Part shown: positions 1-10,260 of the stretch, piece by piece
Position numbering within the stretch: the first letter of the stretch is position 1
How the letters are laid out: each line of letters starts with the position of its first letter
Origin: Vicinamibacterales bacterium
GTDB taxonomy: Bacteria; Acidobacteriota; Vicinamibacteria; Vicinamibacterales; UBA8438
Length of the DNA: 64,000 nt
Assembly (NCBI GenBank): GCA_965221305.1
Contig: OZ244881.1
Span: forward strand, 3,670,091 to 3,734,090
Direction of reading: 5' to 3'
The notes under the pieces: model-generated
What the model was told of the DNA's origin: nothing
What the model saw: the letters and a program-made list of their open reading frames with translations, nothing else
Database searches by the model: none
Program-made: the position numbers and the translations under genes

Positions 1-269
1 TTGTGGGGCGGCCGATTCCGCAGGGATGTTGGGCGAGGTGGTCGGAGCCTCGCGGGTTGTCGGCTCCCAGGAGCGTTTGGCCGGGGCCCGGCGGGCCCGA
101 TTGGCATCGACCGGCGGCGGACACCCGCCGAGGCTTCGTCCCTCAGGTGGCCGCCGGGCGGCGACCCGTCGGGGTCTCGCGCCAAGGTGGCCGACGGGCG
201 GCGGAGGCGGCCTTACCTGAATCTCGGACTTTTGCAGACTCGCACCGGTCGCGGGTCGGGAGGTAGACC

Positions 270-1916
270 GTGCGCAGGCTGGCAGCGGTGGCGGGAGTGT
301 TCGCGTGCATCGGGTGCGGTGACGCGGCGGACGAGCCGGGGAGCGGGGCTGCGGGGGTCGCGGCCGGCATCGGCGCCGACACGCTCATGGCCGGTATCGA
401 GCGGCTGGCCTCGGACGAGTTCGGGGGGCGGTCGCCGGGGTCGGCAGGGGAGACCCTCACCGTCGACTACCTGACGGAGCAGTTCGAGACCCTCGGGCTC
501 GAGCCGGGCAATCCCGACGGCACCTGGGTGCAGGACGTCCCGTTGGTCGGCATCACCCCGCAGCCGGGAGACGGCCTCGTCGTCTCCGGAGGCGGCCCGA
601 CCCGCACCCTGGAGCCGGGCGCCGACTACGTCGCGGCGACCAAGCATGTCGTCGACGTCGTCAGCGTGTCCGACGCGGAGTTCGTCTTCGTCGGCTACGG
701 GGCGCGGGCGCCCGAGTACGACTGGGACGACTTCGGCGACACCGACGTCAGCGGCAAGATCCTGCTCTTCCTCGTCAACGACCCGCCCCTCGACGACGCC
801 TTCGGCGGGCCGGCCATGACCTACTACGGCCGGTGGACCTACAAGCACGAGATCGCGGCCGAACTCGGGGCGGCCGGATCGCTCGTCATCCACGAGACCG
901 GCCCCGCCGGGTACCCGTGGGAGGTGGTGGGCAGCGCCCCCTGGGGCGAGTCGTTCGACCTCATCGCGGCCGACGACAACCTGGGCCGCGCCACCTTCGA
1001 GGGCTGGGTCCAGCGGGCCACCGCCGAGATGCTCTTCGAGCGGGCCGGGCTCGACTTCGAGGCCGCGAAGCAGCGCGCGGCGACCCGCGAGTTCGAGCCG
1101 ATTTCCCTGGGGGTGACCGGCAGCATCGAGATCCGGAACGCCCTGCGCACCATCGACTCGCAGAACGTGGTGGCGCGGATTCCGGGAACCGAGGCGCCCG
1201 ACGAGGTGGTGATGTACGTCGCGCACTGGGACCACCTAGGCACGGACGAGAGCCTCGAAGGCGACCAGATCTACAACGGCGCCGCCGACAACGCAACCGG
1301 CACCGTTGGGCTCGTCGAGATCGCCCGCGCCTTCATGGAAGGAGAACCGCCGCGCCGGTCCGTGGTCTTCCTCGCCGTCACCGCCGAGGAGCAGGGGCTG
1401 CTCGGGTCGCGCTACTACGGCGAGCAGCCGCTGTATCCCACCGCCCAGACCGTCGCCGCCCTGAACATGGACGTGCTGAACCAGTGGGGGCGCACGCGAG
1501 ACCTGACCATCGTGGGCATGGGGCAGTCCGAGCTCGACGATGTCGCGGCGGAGGTCGCGGCCGAGCTCGGCCGGGTGCTGAACCCCGACCCCGAGCCCGA
1601 GAAGGGTTTCTATTACCGTTCTGACCACTTCTCGTTCGCGCGGGTCGGCATCCCCGCGTTCTACGGCGATCCCGGGATCGACTACATCGACAGGTCGCCC
1701 GGCTACGGCATCGAGAAGCGGAACGAGTACAACGCCAACGACTACCACGCCGTGTCCGACGAAATAAAGCCCGATTGGGACCTGTCCGGCGCTCTCGATG
1801 ACCTGACGTTCATGTACCGCATGGGCGCCCGGCTCGCCGCCTCCGACGAATGGCCCGCGTGGAGCGCCACGAGCGAGTTCCGCGCGATCCGCGAGGAGCA
1901 GCGACCCGGGGAGTAA
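270..1916 (+). CDS. Secreted M28-family zinc aminopeptidase with PA (protease-associated) insert
   Basis: 548-aa ORF. Lipoprotein-like signal (AGVFACIGCG). PA-like segment (VSGKILLFLVNDPP). M28 ligand motifs HWDHLG, GAADNATG, EEQGLLGS. Confidence 0.85.
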   Translation: MRRLAAVAGVFACIGCGDAADEPGSGAAGVAAGIGADTLMAGIERLASDEFGGRSPGSAGETLTVDYLTEQFETLGLEPGNPDGTWVQDVPLVGITPQPGDGLVVSGGGPTRTLEPGADYVAATKHVVDVVSVSDAEFVFVGYGARAPEYDWDDFGDTDVSGKILLFLVNDPPLDDAFGGPAMTYYGRWTYKHEIAAELGAAGSLVIHETGPAGYPWEVVGSAPWGESFDLIAADDNLGRATFEGWVQRATAEMLFERAGLDFEAAKQRAATREFEPISLGVTGSIEIRNALRTIDSQNVVARIPGTEAPDEVVMYVAHWDHLGTDESLEGDQIYNGAADNATGTVGLVEIARAFMEGEPPRRSVVFLAVTAEEQGLLGSRYYGEQPLYPTAQTVAALNMDVLNQWGRTRDLTIVGMGQSELDDVAAEVAAELGRVLNPDPEPEKGFYYRSDHFSFARVGIPAFYGDPGIDYIDRSPGYGIEKRNEYNANDYHAVSDEIKPDWDLSGALDDLTFMYRMGARLAASDEWPAWSATSEFRAIREEQRPGE

Positions 1917-2020
1917 CGGGCGCCGTCGAGCGCCGCGCTTGGAGCCATCGCGGTAGTGGGCCTTGGAATGGAGAATCAAGGCCACCGCGATCTGCTGCGC
2001 GCGCAGTCGACGGCTCCATC

Positions 2021-2152
2021 CGGCGTGCGCGGTATCCGCGCCGCCTACAGTCTGACGTGGTAGCCCGTCGCGGCGTGCGCGCAATCCGCGCCGACTACCG
2101 ACTGACGTAGTAGCTCGTGAAGGGTAGCCGTGTGCGGGGGATCCGTCCGCGT
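2021..2152. repeat. 50-bp intergenic tandem repeat, two full units plus a degenerate third
   Basis: Unit 1 (2021-2070) is cggcgtgcgcggtatccgcgccgcctacagtctgacgtggtagcccgtcg. Unit 2 (2071-2120) is cggcgtgcgcgcaatccgcgccgactaccgactgacgtagtagctcgtga. A partial third unit starts near 2127 (gccgtgtgcgggggatccgtccgcg). Confidence 0.65.
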
Positions 2153-2236
2153 CGGCGTTCGCCCTCGCGGAATCACCCGATCTCCGGCTTCTGAACGCGG
2201 TCCGCGAGACCGACCGCCCCGCAGTGCGGGGGCTGA

Positions 2237-2350
2237 GAAGGGGTCGACGTCGACGCCGCACAACCCGACGGAGCGACGGCCGTGCACTGGGCCGCCTACC
2301 TCGATGACCTCGAAACGACGCGGCTGCTGATCGACGCCCGGAGCCGCCGT
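2237..2350 (+). pseudogene. Remnant of an ankyrin-repeat gene (about 1.3 repeats, no start, frame lost)
   Basis: The frame after the stop at 2234 reads EGVDVDAAQPDGATAVHWAAYLDDLETTRLLIDA. This matches the ankyrin consensus (G-x-TALHWAA ... LLxxAGAxVD). The frame is lost after LLIDA, and a +1 shift gives GAAVDG. No plausible start or full-length ORF. Confidence 0.45.
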
Positions 2351-2425
2351 CGATGGACTCGGCCGAGATGGAGGTCGCCCTCACCCAGGACCCCGACCTC
2401 CGCTCCGTCACTCGGATCCGTAACC

Positions 2426-3532
2426 TCAGTCACTGGCCCCCTCTTCTGTGGTACCGGCCTGCGCAGCTTTTTCCAGGTACCTCCGTGCTGTCCCCCGGAT
2501 ACGAGCGGCGTGCTCGAAGAGGTCGTTCACCTCCTCGATGATTACCTTCTCTTCCTTGCCCTCGGGTCCGAGCAGACCGAGCTTCTTCTGTGGTGAGTTG
2601 AAGTACAGCCGGCAGATGGTCTGCTTCGAGTGGTCCAACACTATCGAACACCGGGACTTCGAGTCGCGGAGGATCACGCGGTCGGCTTCCACGTCTGGCG
2701 CTAGCATGGCGGTCACCGCGTAGAAGCCACGCAGCTCCTCCTCGGTCGTTACGATGTCGGGCTCTATGGGCTCCACGGGCGGTCGGGGGTCCGGGTCGGT
2801 TTTCAGCGCCGACTTCAGCCGGTCGCTGATCCTCTGCGCCAGGAACTGGTGCATGGCTTTTCGGGTCGCCCGCTCGAACTGTTCGACCACAGCCTTGGTC
2901 TTCACTCCGTCGTAGACCCGGCTTGCGAAGTGGCGTACGAGCGCCTCGGAAGGATTCGCCCACTCGGCCGCCAACAGTCGCAGGACTTCTCGCGTGTACT
3001 TCAGATCCTTCGAGGTGTCGACGATCCTATCCAGATCGAACGCGGGCTTCGTGAACCGCTTGAGCTCCTCGGCGTCGATGGACTCGGCGTCGCGCATGTT
3101 CAGTTCCAAGAACGGCCTCTGGTCCATCTTGTTGGGTTCGTCGATGTCCGAGAAGAACCGGTAGGTCACGCCGTCGGTGAGTACCCCGAGGCGAGAGGTG
3201 GTCACGCTGAAATACCGGTAGAGTTGCGAGGCTGGCTCCTTCGACAAGTCGACGCCGTAGTGCTTGCATTCGAACAACATGATTGGCGAGCCGTTCGCGA
3301 AGATCGCGTAGTCGACTTTCTCGCCCTTCTTCGTGCCCACGTCGGCCGTGAACTCCGGCACGACCTCGTCCGGGTCGAACACGTTGAACCCGAGCACGTG
3401 TGAGATGAAGGGCAAGACCAGGGCAGTCTTCGTCGCCTCTTCCGTTTTGACGCTGTCGAGTCGCTTCACAATTCGGCCGGACACCTCACGGATGCGGTCG
3501 GCCAAGTCCATCCCCTCAAGTGACTGAATCAT
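2426..3532 (-). CDS. Solitary PDDEXK nuclease-fold protein with type I restriction enzyme R N-terminal (HsdR_N-like) domain and an uncharacterised C-terminal half
   Basis: 368 aa counted from ATG at 3532 (MIQSLEGMDLADR). N-terminal motif set KTALVLPFI ... EKVDYAIF ... IMLFECK (D...ExK) is typical of HsdR_N / Mrr-like nucleases. The region is visibly more A/T-rich than its flanks. The track's extension to 3778 looks non-coding. Confidence 0.75.
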   Translation of the reverse strand: MIQSLEGMDLADRIREVSGRIVKRLDSVKTEEATKTALVLPFISHVLGFNVFDPDEVVPEFTADVGTKKGEKVDYAIFANGSPIMLFECKHYGVDLSKEPASQLYRYFSVTTSRLGVLTDGVTYRFFSDIDEPNKMDQRPFLELNMRDAESIDAEELKRFTKPAFDLDRIVDTSKDLKYTREVLRLLAAEWANPSEALVRHFASRVYDGVKTKAVVEQFERATRKAMHQFLAQRISDRLKSALKTDPDPRPPVEPIEPDIVTTEEELRGFYAVTAMLAPDVEADRVILRDSKSRCSIVLDHSKQTICRLYFNSPQKKLGLLGPEGKEEKVIIEEVNDLFEHAARIRGTARRYLEKAAQAGTTEEGASD

Positions 3533-3791
3533 GAATCGCCACGGAGCCTGTCGGCCCCGCCCTCCGGTGAGTCCCGTTGCGCGCCTGACCCATGGTCGAA
3601 CGGTCCACATGGTACCATGGCCGACGAGGGGTAGCAGAATGTTGTGGAGTGGCGCAACCAGCCGACAAGACTCCGATCCTGAGGCTCGGCCACTTGACTT
3701 CCTGAAGGCGAACACCGGATGTCTGTCTTTTTGACGCGGTGAGAACGATTCGCGCGCATGTCGACGAGAAAGATCCAAGTGTCCCTGCGCG

Positions 3792-4373
3792 TCAGGGCAC
3801 GCTGGGCACCGAGTTGCCCCGCAGATCGGTCAGGTCGTGGTAGCCAGAGGCGCGGGAGCGCCCCTCGTGGGCGTTGGTGTAGAACCCCGCGGTGTGCAGG
3901 GTGATGGTGATCTCTTCGGTGCCGGTGTTCTCCCAGTACCAGCCGTGGATGCCGGTGAAGGGGGCGACGTAGGCGCCGTGGCCGTCTGGGAGGTCGCGGG
4001 CGTCGAAGCTCTCGGCGTAGCCGGCGGGGGCGCCGTCGGGCGAGGCGTGGAAGTTGTACTCCACCGGCCCGCTCGCGTCCCAGGCGAAGAGCATGGTGCT
4101 GCCCTCCTCGAGCCGATAGAAGTACTCCACCCACTCGGCTGGATAGAGGCTCAGCTCGACTTGGTCGACGCGGTACTCGTCGTCCTCGAGGCTGATGGGT
4201 TGGGCTTGGCCGAGGGCCAGGAGGCCGAACAGCCGGCCGGTGCCGAGGGGGTCGACCGCGTACTCGGCCGGCAGGATCGCGCCGAAGAGCACCAAGGCGG
4301 CGGTGAGCAGGGCGCTGCCGGTGGTCACCAGGATCTTGCGGCGCGAGGGCGGCGGCGGAGAAGCGTCGGTCAT
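3792..4373 (-). CDS. Hypothetical single-pass membrane-anchored protein, co-oriented just downstream of hupE
   Basis: 193-aa ORF with one N-terminal TM helix (ILVTTGSALLTAALVLFGAIL) followed by a globular His/Trp/Tyr-rich domain. Lies 31 bp after the hupE-like gene. I recognise no family. Confidence 0.6.
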   Translation of the reverse strand: MTDASPPPPSRRKILVTTGSALLTAALVLFGAILPAEYAVDPLGTGRLFGLLALGQAQPISLEDDEYRVDQVELSLYPAEWVEYFYRLEEGSTMLFAWDASGPVEYNFHASPDGAPAGYAESFDARDLPDGHGAYVAPFTGIHGWYWENTGTEEITITLHTAGFYTNAHEGRSRASGYHDLTDLRGNSVPSVP

Positions 4374-4404
4374 GTCGGCACCCGTGCGGCGATGGATGGC
4401 CCGA

Positions 4405-5100
4405 TCACGAGAACAGCACGAATCCCACCATCTGGACGCCCGCGAAGAGGAACCCGCCCACCATCAGGGCGGTGTTGGTGGCGAAGCTCCAGCGCGAGAA
4501 GCTGGGCCGGTGGCGCCAGTAGCCGAGCACCGCCACGACCCCGAACAGCGCGAGGATCTGGCCCATCTCGACCCCGACGTTGAAGCTCAGGATGTTGGCC
4601 AGGAGGCCGTTGTCCGACACCATGAACTCCTGCAGCTTGGTGGCGAGCCCCAGCCCGTGGAAGAGCCCGAACACGAGGACGGCGATGCGCGTGTCGGGGG
4701 CGATGCCGAACACGCGCTTGAACCCGCCGACGTTCTCGAACCCCTTGTAGACGACCGACAGCCCGATGATGGCGTCGATGACGTAGGCGTTGACGTCGAC
4801 GTCGGCGAGCACGCCGTAGAGCAGGGTCAGGCTGTGCCCCAGCGTGAACAGGCTGACGTACAGGATGACGTCCCGCAGCCGGCGCAGGAAGAAGATGACC
4901 CCGACCAGGAACAGCAGGTGGTCGTAGCCGGTCACCATGTGCTTGGCGCCCAGGTACACGAACGGCCCCGGGGCGGGCCCGTCCACCGACTGCACGAACC
5001 CCGCGTTGGCGCCCTCCATCGGGTGGGCGTGGACGGGGGCGTCCACGACGGCGGCGGCGAGTCCGACGGCGAGCAAACCGGGCAGCAGGCGTCCGAACAT
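4405..5100 (-). CDS. hupE: HupE/UreJ family Ni/Co transporter-like membrane protein
   Basis: 231 aa from ATG at 5100 (MFGRLLPGLLAVGL). Signal peptide followed by AHPMEG. Multiple TM helices with HLLFLVG, GHSLT and FHGLG motifs typical of HupE/UreJ. The track ORF extending to 5763 is an upstream artefact. Confidence 0.85.
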   Translation of the reverse strand: MFGRLLPGLLAVGLAAAVVDAPVHAHPMEGANAGFVQSVDGPAPGPFVYLGAKHMVTGYDHLLFLVGVIFFLRRLRDVILYVSLFTLGHSLTLLYGVLADVDVNAYVIDAIIGLSVVYKGFENVGGFKRVFGIAPDTRIAVLVFGLFHGLGLATKLQEFMVSDNGLLANILSFNVGVEMGQILALFGVVAVLGYWRHRPSFSRWSFATNTALMVGGFLFAGVQMVGFVLFS

Positions 5101-5419
5101 GCGCACAGTGTACGCCAAACGGCGGTCGGTTCCGAACCGGCGATGTCGCGATGTTCGGGGCGGGGCGGCCCCGCGTCCGCCGCATTTCTTCGGAGTCTCC
5201 ATCGTCAGACGGCCGGCCCGCGTGCTCGCGGCGGCCGCGGCAGTTCCGGGAACGCCGGCGACACGGTCCCGGACGGCCCGCGTCGCGGCCGCGGCGGCGG
5301 TTGCGCCCTGATTCGCGTTCGGCTGCGCTAGAATCCAGGATTGCGCTTCACGATGCGCGTCTCGCGGGGACCCGCAGCCCTTGCGGGCCTCGCACATCAG
5401 GAGATCCGTACCCACGACC

Positions 5420-7050
<1,631 letters not shown>

Positions 7051-7063
<13 letters not shown>

Positions 7064-7080
7064 CCGGCCTCGGCCGGACG
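7051..7080 (+). terminator. GC-rich hairpin overlapping the fumarase stop codon (possible U-tract-less terminator)
   Basis: cgtccggccg (7051-7060) is the perfect reverse complement of cggccggacg (7071-7080). The 10-nt loop contains the TGA. No T-tract follows. Confidence 0.3.
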
Positions 7081-7234
7081 GCCGCTTCAGGATCTCTCCG
7101 TCGCTCGGCAGCTCGCGGAGACGCGGCGGCCGTCCACTCCGGGTCGGTTCCGCGTCCGATGCGGAAGACGTGGCCGTCGGGGTCCCGGACGTGGACCTGA
7201 GCCGTTCATCGTCGCTTCCGGCGCGAGACGGAAC

Positions 7235-8449
7235 ATGGGCATCCTGAAGATGGCTTGGCGCAACATCGGCCGCAACCGCCGGCGGACGGCGGTCACGGTG
7301 GGCGCGATGACTCTCGGGCTCTTCGCCATGGTGGTCTACATGGCGATGCTGGAGGGGATGCTGAACGACATGGAGGAGACCATCGTCGAGGTCGACCTCG
7401 GCGACCTGCAGATCCATGCGCCGACCTGGCTCGACGACCCGTCGCTCTACACGGTCGTCGACGACGTCGACCGGCTGCTCGGCGAGCTCGAGGCGGCGGG
7501 GTTCCGGGCGAGCGCCCGCCTCGTCGGGGCGGGGCTCGCGGCCGCCCACGACTCGGCCGCCGGGGCGTCGCTGCGCGGGGTCGACGTCGAGGCCGACGCG
7601 CGCGTCAGCGTCATCTCGTCCCGGCTCGCCGAGGGGGAGTGGCTCGACGAGGGCGATCCGTCCGGCGTCGTGGTGGGACGTCGGCTCGCCCGCTCGCTCG
7701 GTCTCGCCCTCGGCGACGAGCTGGTGGTGCTGAGCCAGGCCACCGACGGCGGCATCGCGAACGATCTCTACACGGTGCGCGGCATCCTCGGCACGGTGAG
7801 CGACGGCGTCGACCGCGCCGCCGTCTTCCTCACGGAAGGGGCTTTCCGCGAGCTCTTCTTCATGCCGTCGGGCGCGCACGAGATCGTGGTGCGCAAGCCG
7901 GACGAGCTCGATCTGGACGCGGCGCTGGAAGCGGCGCAGGGCTTGGCCCCCGGCCTCGACACGCGGTCGTGGCGGTCGCTGGTGCCGACCATCGCGACCT
8001 ACCTCGACTCGGCCCGCGCGGCGATGGGCTTCGTCTCCGCCGTCGTCTACATCGTCATCGCCATCCTCATCCTCAACGCGATGCTGATGGCGGTGTTCGA
8101 GCGCATCCGCGAGTTCGGGGTCCTGAAGGCGCTGGGGGTCGAGCCGCGCCAGGTCGTGGCCCTCATCTTCGTCGAGAGCGCGCTGCAGACCGGTCTCGCC
8201 TTGGCGGCGGGCATGAGCCTCACGGTCCCGATGCTCTGGTACCTGAGCGAGTTCGGCATCGACACCGGGGCGCTCGGCGGGGTCACGGTCATGGGATCGA
8301 CGTTCGCGACGGTCTGGCGCGCGTCGGCGTCGTCGGCCGCCTTCGTCATCCCGACGATGACCCTGGTCGTGCTGGTCCTCCTGGCGGTGGTCTATCCCGC
8401 CCTGAAGGCGGCCCGGATCAGCCCGGTGGAGGCGATGCGGCATCAGTGA
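7235..8449 (+). CDS. ABC transporter permease, FtsX/LolC-LolE-like (first of two)
   Basis: 404 aa. N-terminal MAWRNIGRNRRRTAVTVGAMTLG, a large periplasmic loop, then three C-terminal TM helices. ERIREFGVLKALG motif of the FtsX/MacB family. Confidence 0.85.
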   Translation: MGILKMAWRNIGRNRRRTAVTVGAMTLGLFAMVVYMAMLEGMLNDMEETIVEVDLGDLQIHAPTWLDDPSLYTVVDDVDRLLGELEAAGFRASARLVGAGLAAAHDSAAGASLRGVDVEADARVSVISSRLAEGEWLDEGDPSGVVVGRRLARSLGLALGDELVVLSQATDGGIANDLYTVRGILGTVSDGVDRAAVFLTEGAFRELFFMPSGAHEIVVRKPDELDLDAALEAAQGLAPGLDTRSWRSLVPTIATYLDSARAAMGFVSAVVYIVIAILILNAMLMAVFERIREFGVLKALGVEPRQVVALIFVESALQTGLALAAGMSLTVPMLWYLSEFGIDTGALGGVTVMGSTFATVWRASASSAAFVIPTMTLVVLVLLAVVYPALKAARISPVEAMRHQ

Positions 8450-8512
8450 GCCCGGCGCGGCCGGCGTGGCCGGTGGTTCCGGTGGAGGCGATGCGGCGAC
8501 GTGGGCCGGCGC
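8411..8512. repeat. Degenerate tandem duplication of the FtsX-1 3' end, spanning its stop codon
   Basis: ccggtggaggcgatgcggc occurs at 8423-8441 (codons PVEAMR of the gene) and again at 8479-8497 (period 56). The flanks are similar but diverged. Confidence 0.6.
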
Positions 8513-8702
8513 CCCCGCGAGCAGGGGCCGGAGCCGATGGCGCACACAGCCATTGCGCGTAGCACGCCGGCGCCTCCGCGGGCCGGGGCCGGAGGACGGC
8601 GGGGTCGGGAAGGCGCGGTCTCCGCCGTGTTCGTTGTGGCGGCGTTCGGCGGCGGGTGGGCGAGGTCTCCCGGGGCTTGGAAACGAAGGAAGGCTGGGCG
8701 CG

Positions 8703-9950
8703 ATGAAGGGCAGCAGTCTCGCGAAGATGGCTTGGCGCAACCTGTGGCGGAACCGCCGCCGCACCGTCATCACCCTCTCGGCCATCGTCTTCGGCGTCTT
8801 CCTCGCCGTCTTGATGATGGCGATGCAGGACCGGAACTGGGCCGACATGATCCGGCTCGCGGCCCGGCTCGGTGCGGGTCACGTGACGTACCAGCACCCG
8901 GAGTACCTCGACAGCCCGACCCTGTCGCGCCCCGTCGAGGGGACCGACGAGCTGAAGCGCCTCGCCGAGGGCAACCCGCGGGTCATCCGGGTCGTCGAGC
9001 GCATCACCGGGTTCAACATGCTGTCGACGGCGCGCGAGAACGTCGGCGCCGGCTTCATCGCCGTCTCGCCCGAGGACGAGGACGAGGAGACCCTGTCGCT
9101 CCTCGAGGCGGTGGTCGAGGGCGAGTTCTTCGCATCTTCCCATGACCGCGGCATCATCCTCGGCGAGAGGCTCGCCTCGAACCTGGACGTCGAGCTCGGG
9201 TCGAGGGTGGTCTACACCCTCACCGACAGGGAGGGCGAGATCGTGAGCGACCTCGCCCGGGTCAGCGGCATCATCCGCACCGGCTCCCCGAGCGTCGACG
9301 GGAGCATCTGCCTGCTGCCCATCGGCGCCCTGCGCGAGACCATCGGCTTCGCGCCCGACGAGGCCATCCAGGTCGCGGTGTTCGTCGACGATCAGCGGGT
9401 CACCGACGGCGTCGTCGCCGACCTCGCGGCGGGGGCCCCCGCCGGCGTCGCGGTGCTGCCGTGGCACGAGCTACAGCCGGATCTGGCGGTGTTCATCGCC
9501 ATGAAGGTCGGCGGCGCGAAGGTCATGATGCTGTTGCTCGCAGTGCTCGTGGCCGCCGGCATCTTCAACACCCTCTTCGTCAGCGTGATGGAGCGCCTGC
9601 GCGAGTTCGGCATCATGCTCGCGGTCGGCTTCAGCCCATCGCAGCTCTTCCGGCTCGTGATGATGGAGAGCGCGTGGCTGGCCGTCGTCGGTCTCGCCGG
9701 AGCCGCTCTCGTCAGCCTCGGGCCGTACCTCTATCTCGCCTCGACCGGCATCGACGTGTCGGGCCTGATCCCGGCCGAGCAGATGGAGGTCGCCGGTGTC
9801 GGCATGTCGACCGTCATGCAGGTCGGCATCTACGGCGAGAGCGTGGCCCTCATCGGTTTCTCGGCCCTCGCCGCCATCATGCTGTCGGGGGTCTATCCGG
9901 CGTGGCGGGCGGGGCACGCCGACCCGGTGGAGACGATTCGGCTGGTCTAG
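8703..9950 (+). CDS. ABC transporter permease, FtsX/LolC-LolE-like (second of two)
   Basis: 415 aa from ATG 8703 (MKGSSLAKMAWRNLWRNRRRTVITLSAIVFG). ERLREFGIMLAVG motif and C-terminal YPAWRAGHADPVETIRLV. The track ORF start at 8466 is upstream read-through. Confidence 0.85.
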   Translation: MKGSSLAKMAWRNLWRNRRRTVITLSAIVFGVFLAVLMMAMQDRNWADMIRLAARLGAGHVTYQHPEYLDSPTLSRPVEGTDELKRLAEGNPRVIRVVERITGFNMLSTARENVGAGFIAVSPEDEDEETLSLLEAVVEGEFFASSHDRGIILGERLASNLDVELGSRVVYTLTDREGEIVSDLARVSGIIRTGSPSVDGSICLLPIGALRETIGFAPDEAIQVAVFVDDQRVTDGVVADLAAGAPAGVAVLPWHELQPDLAVFIAMKVGGAKVMMLLLAVLVAAGIFNTLFVSVMERLREFGIMLAVGFSPSQLFRLVMMESAWLAVVGLAGAALVSLGPYLYLASTGIDVSGLIPAEQMEVAGVGMSTVMQVGIYGESVALIGFSALAAIMLSGVYPAWRAGHADPVETIRLV

Positions 9951-10260
9951 GTCCAGGCCTCTGCCCCAGGGCCGCTGGAGCGGACCGCAGGGGGAACATG
10001 CTGTCAGGGGTCTATCCGGCGTGGCGGGCGGGGCACGCCGACCCGGTGGAGACGATTCGGCTGGTCTAGGCCTCTGCCCCGGGCCGCTGGAGCGGACCGC
10101 CGGGGCGGGGCACGCCGACCCGGTGGAGACGATTCGGCTGGTCTAGGCCTCTGCTACGGGCCGCTGGAGCGGACCGCCGGGGCGGGGCACGCCGACCCGG
10201 TGGAGACGATTCGGCTGGTCTAGGCCTCTGCCCCGGGCCGCTGGAGCGGACCGCCGGGGG
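9879..10260 (+). repeat. Four-unit tandem array made of the permease 3' coding end, its stop codon and a downstream GC hairpin
   Basis: Units are 9879-9997 (119 bp), 9998-10106 (109 bp), 10107-10183 (77 bp) and 10184-10260 (77 bp). ggggcacgccgacccggtggagacgattcggctggtctag is present four times, with stops at 9948, 10067, 10144 and 10221. Each unit ends in gccccgg...ccggggc with an inner ccgct/agcgg pairing. Confidence 0.9.

Noticed and set aside
1-269. ORFs at the 5' edge (1-474, 3-266, 26-220).
   Set aside because: Arg/Gly-rich translations with no motifs, overlapping the start of the M28 peptidase gene. This is probably non-coding upstream DNA or the tail of a gene outside the window.
2426-3778. 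N-terminally extended versions of real genes as listed in the ORF track (2426-3778, 4405-5763, 8466-9950, 16497-18956, 17558-21559, 25461-26519, 25981-28773, 30173-31585, 44620-46635, 46092-49349, 60095-61900).
   Set aside because: The extensions are Arg/Pro-rich and run through upstream genes or intergenic DNA. Internal starts with signal peptides, SD-like sequences or family-typical N-termini were chosen instead.
3533-3791. tRNA or tRNA remnant as an integration site beside the nuclease islet (gtggccgag and gttcga strings on the minus strand).
   Set aside because: The strings are not flanked by complementary arms. No acceptor or T-stem pairing or cloverleaf can be drawn.
5101-5419. Cobalamin or NiCo riboswitch in the hupE leader (minus strand).
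   Set aside because: On reading the reverse complement by eye I found no B12-box-like element or conserved NiCo core. Only a weak leaderless-type -10 (tacact) lies 6 nt before the ATG.
9879-10260. Possible CRISPR array, suggested by regularly spaced 40-bp identical segments.
   Set aside because: There are no unique spacers: the whole 77-bp unit repeats. The repeat is the 3' end of the upstream permease gene. No cas genes or leader are present.
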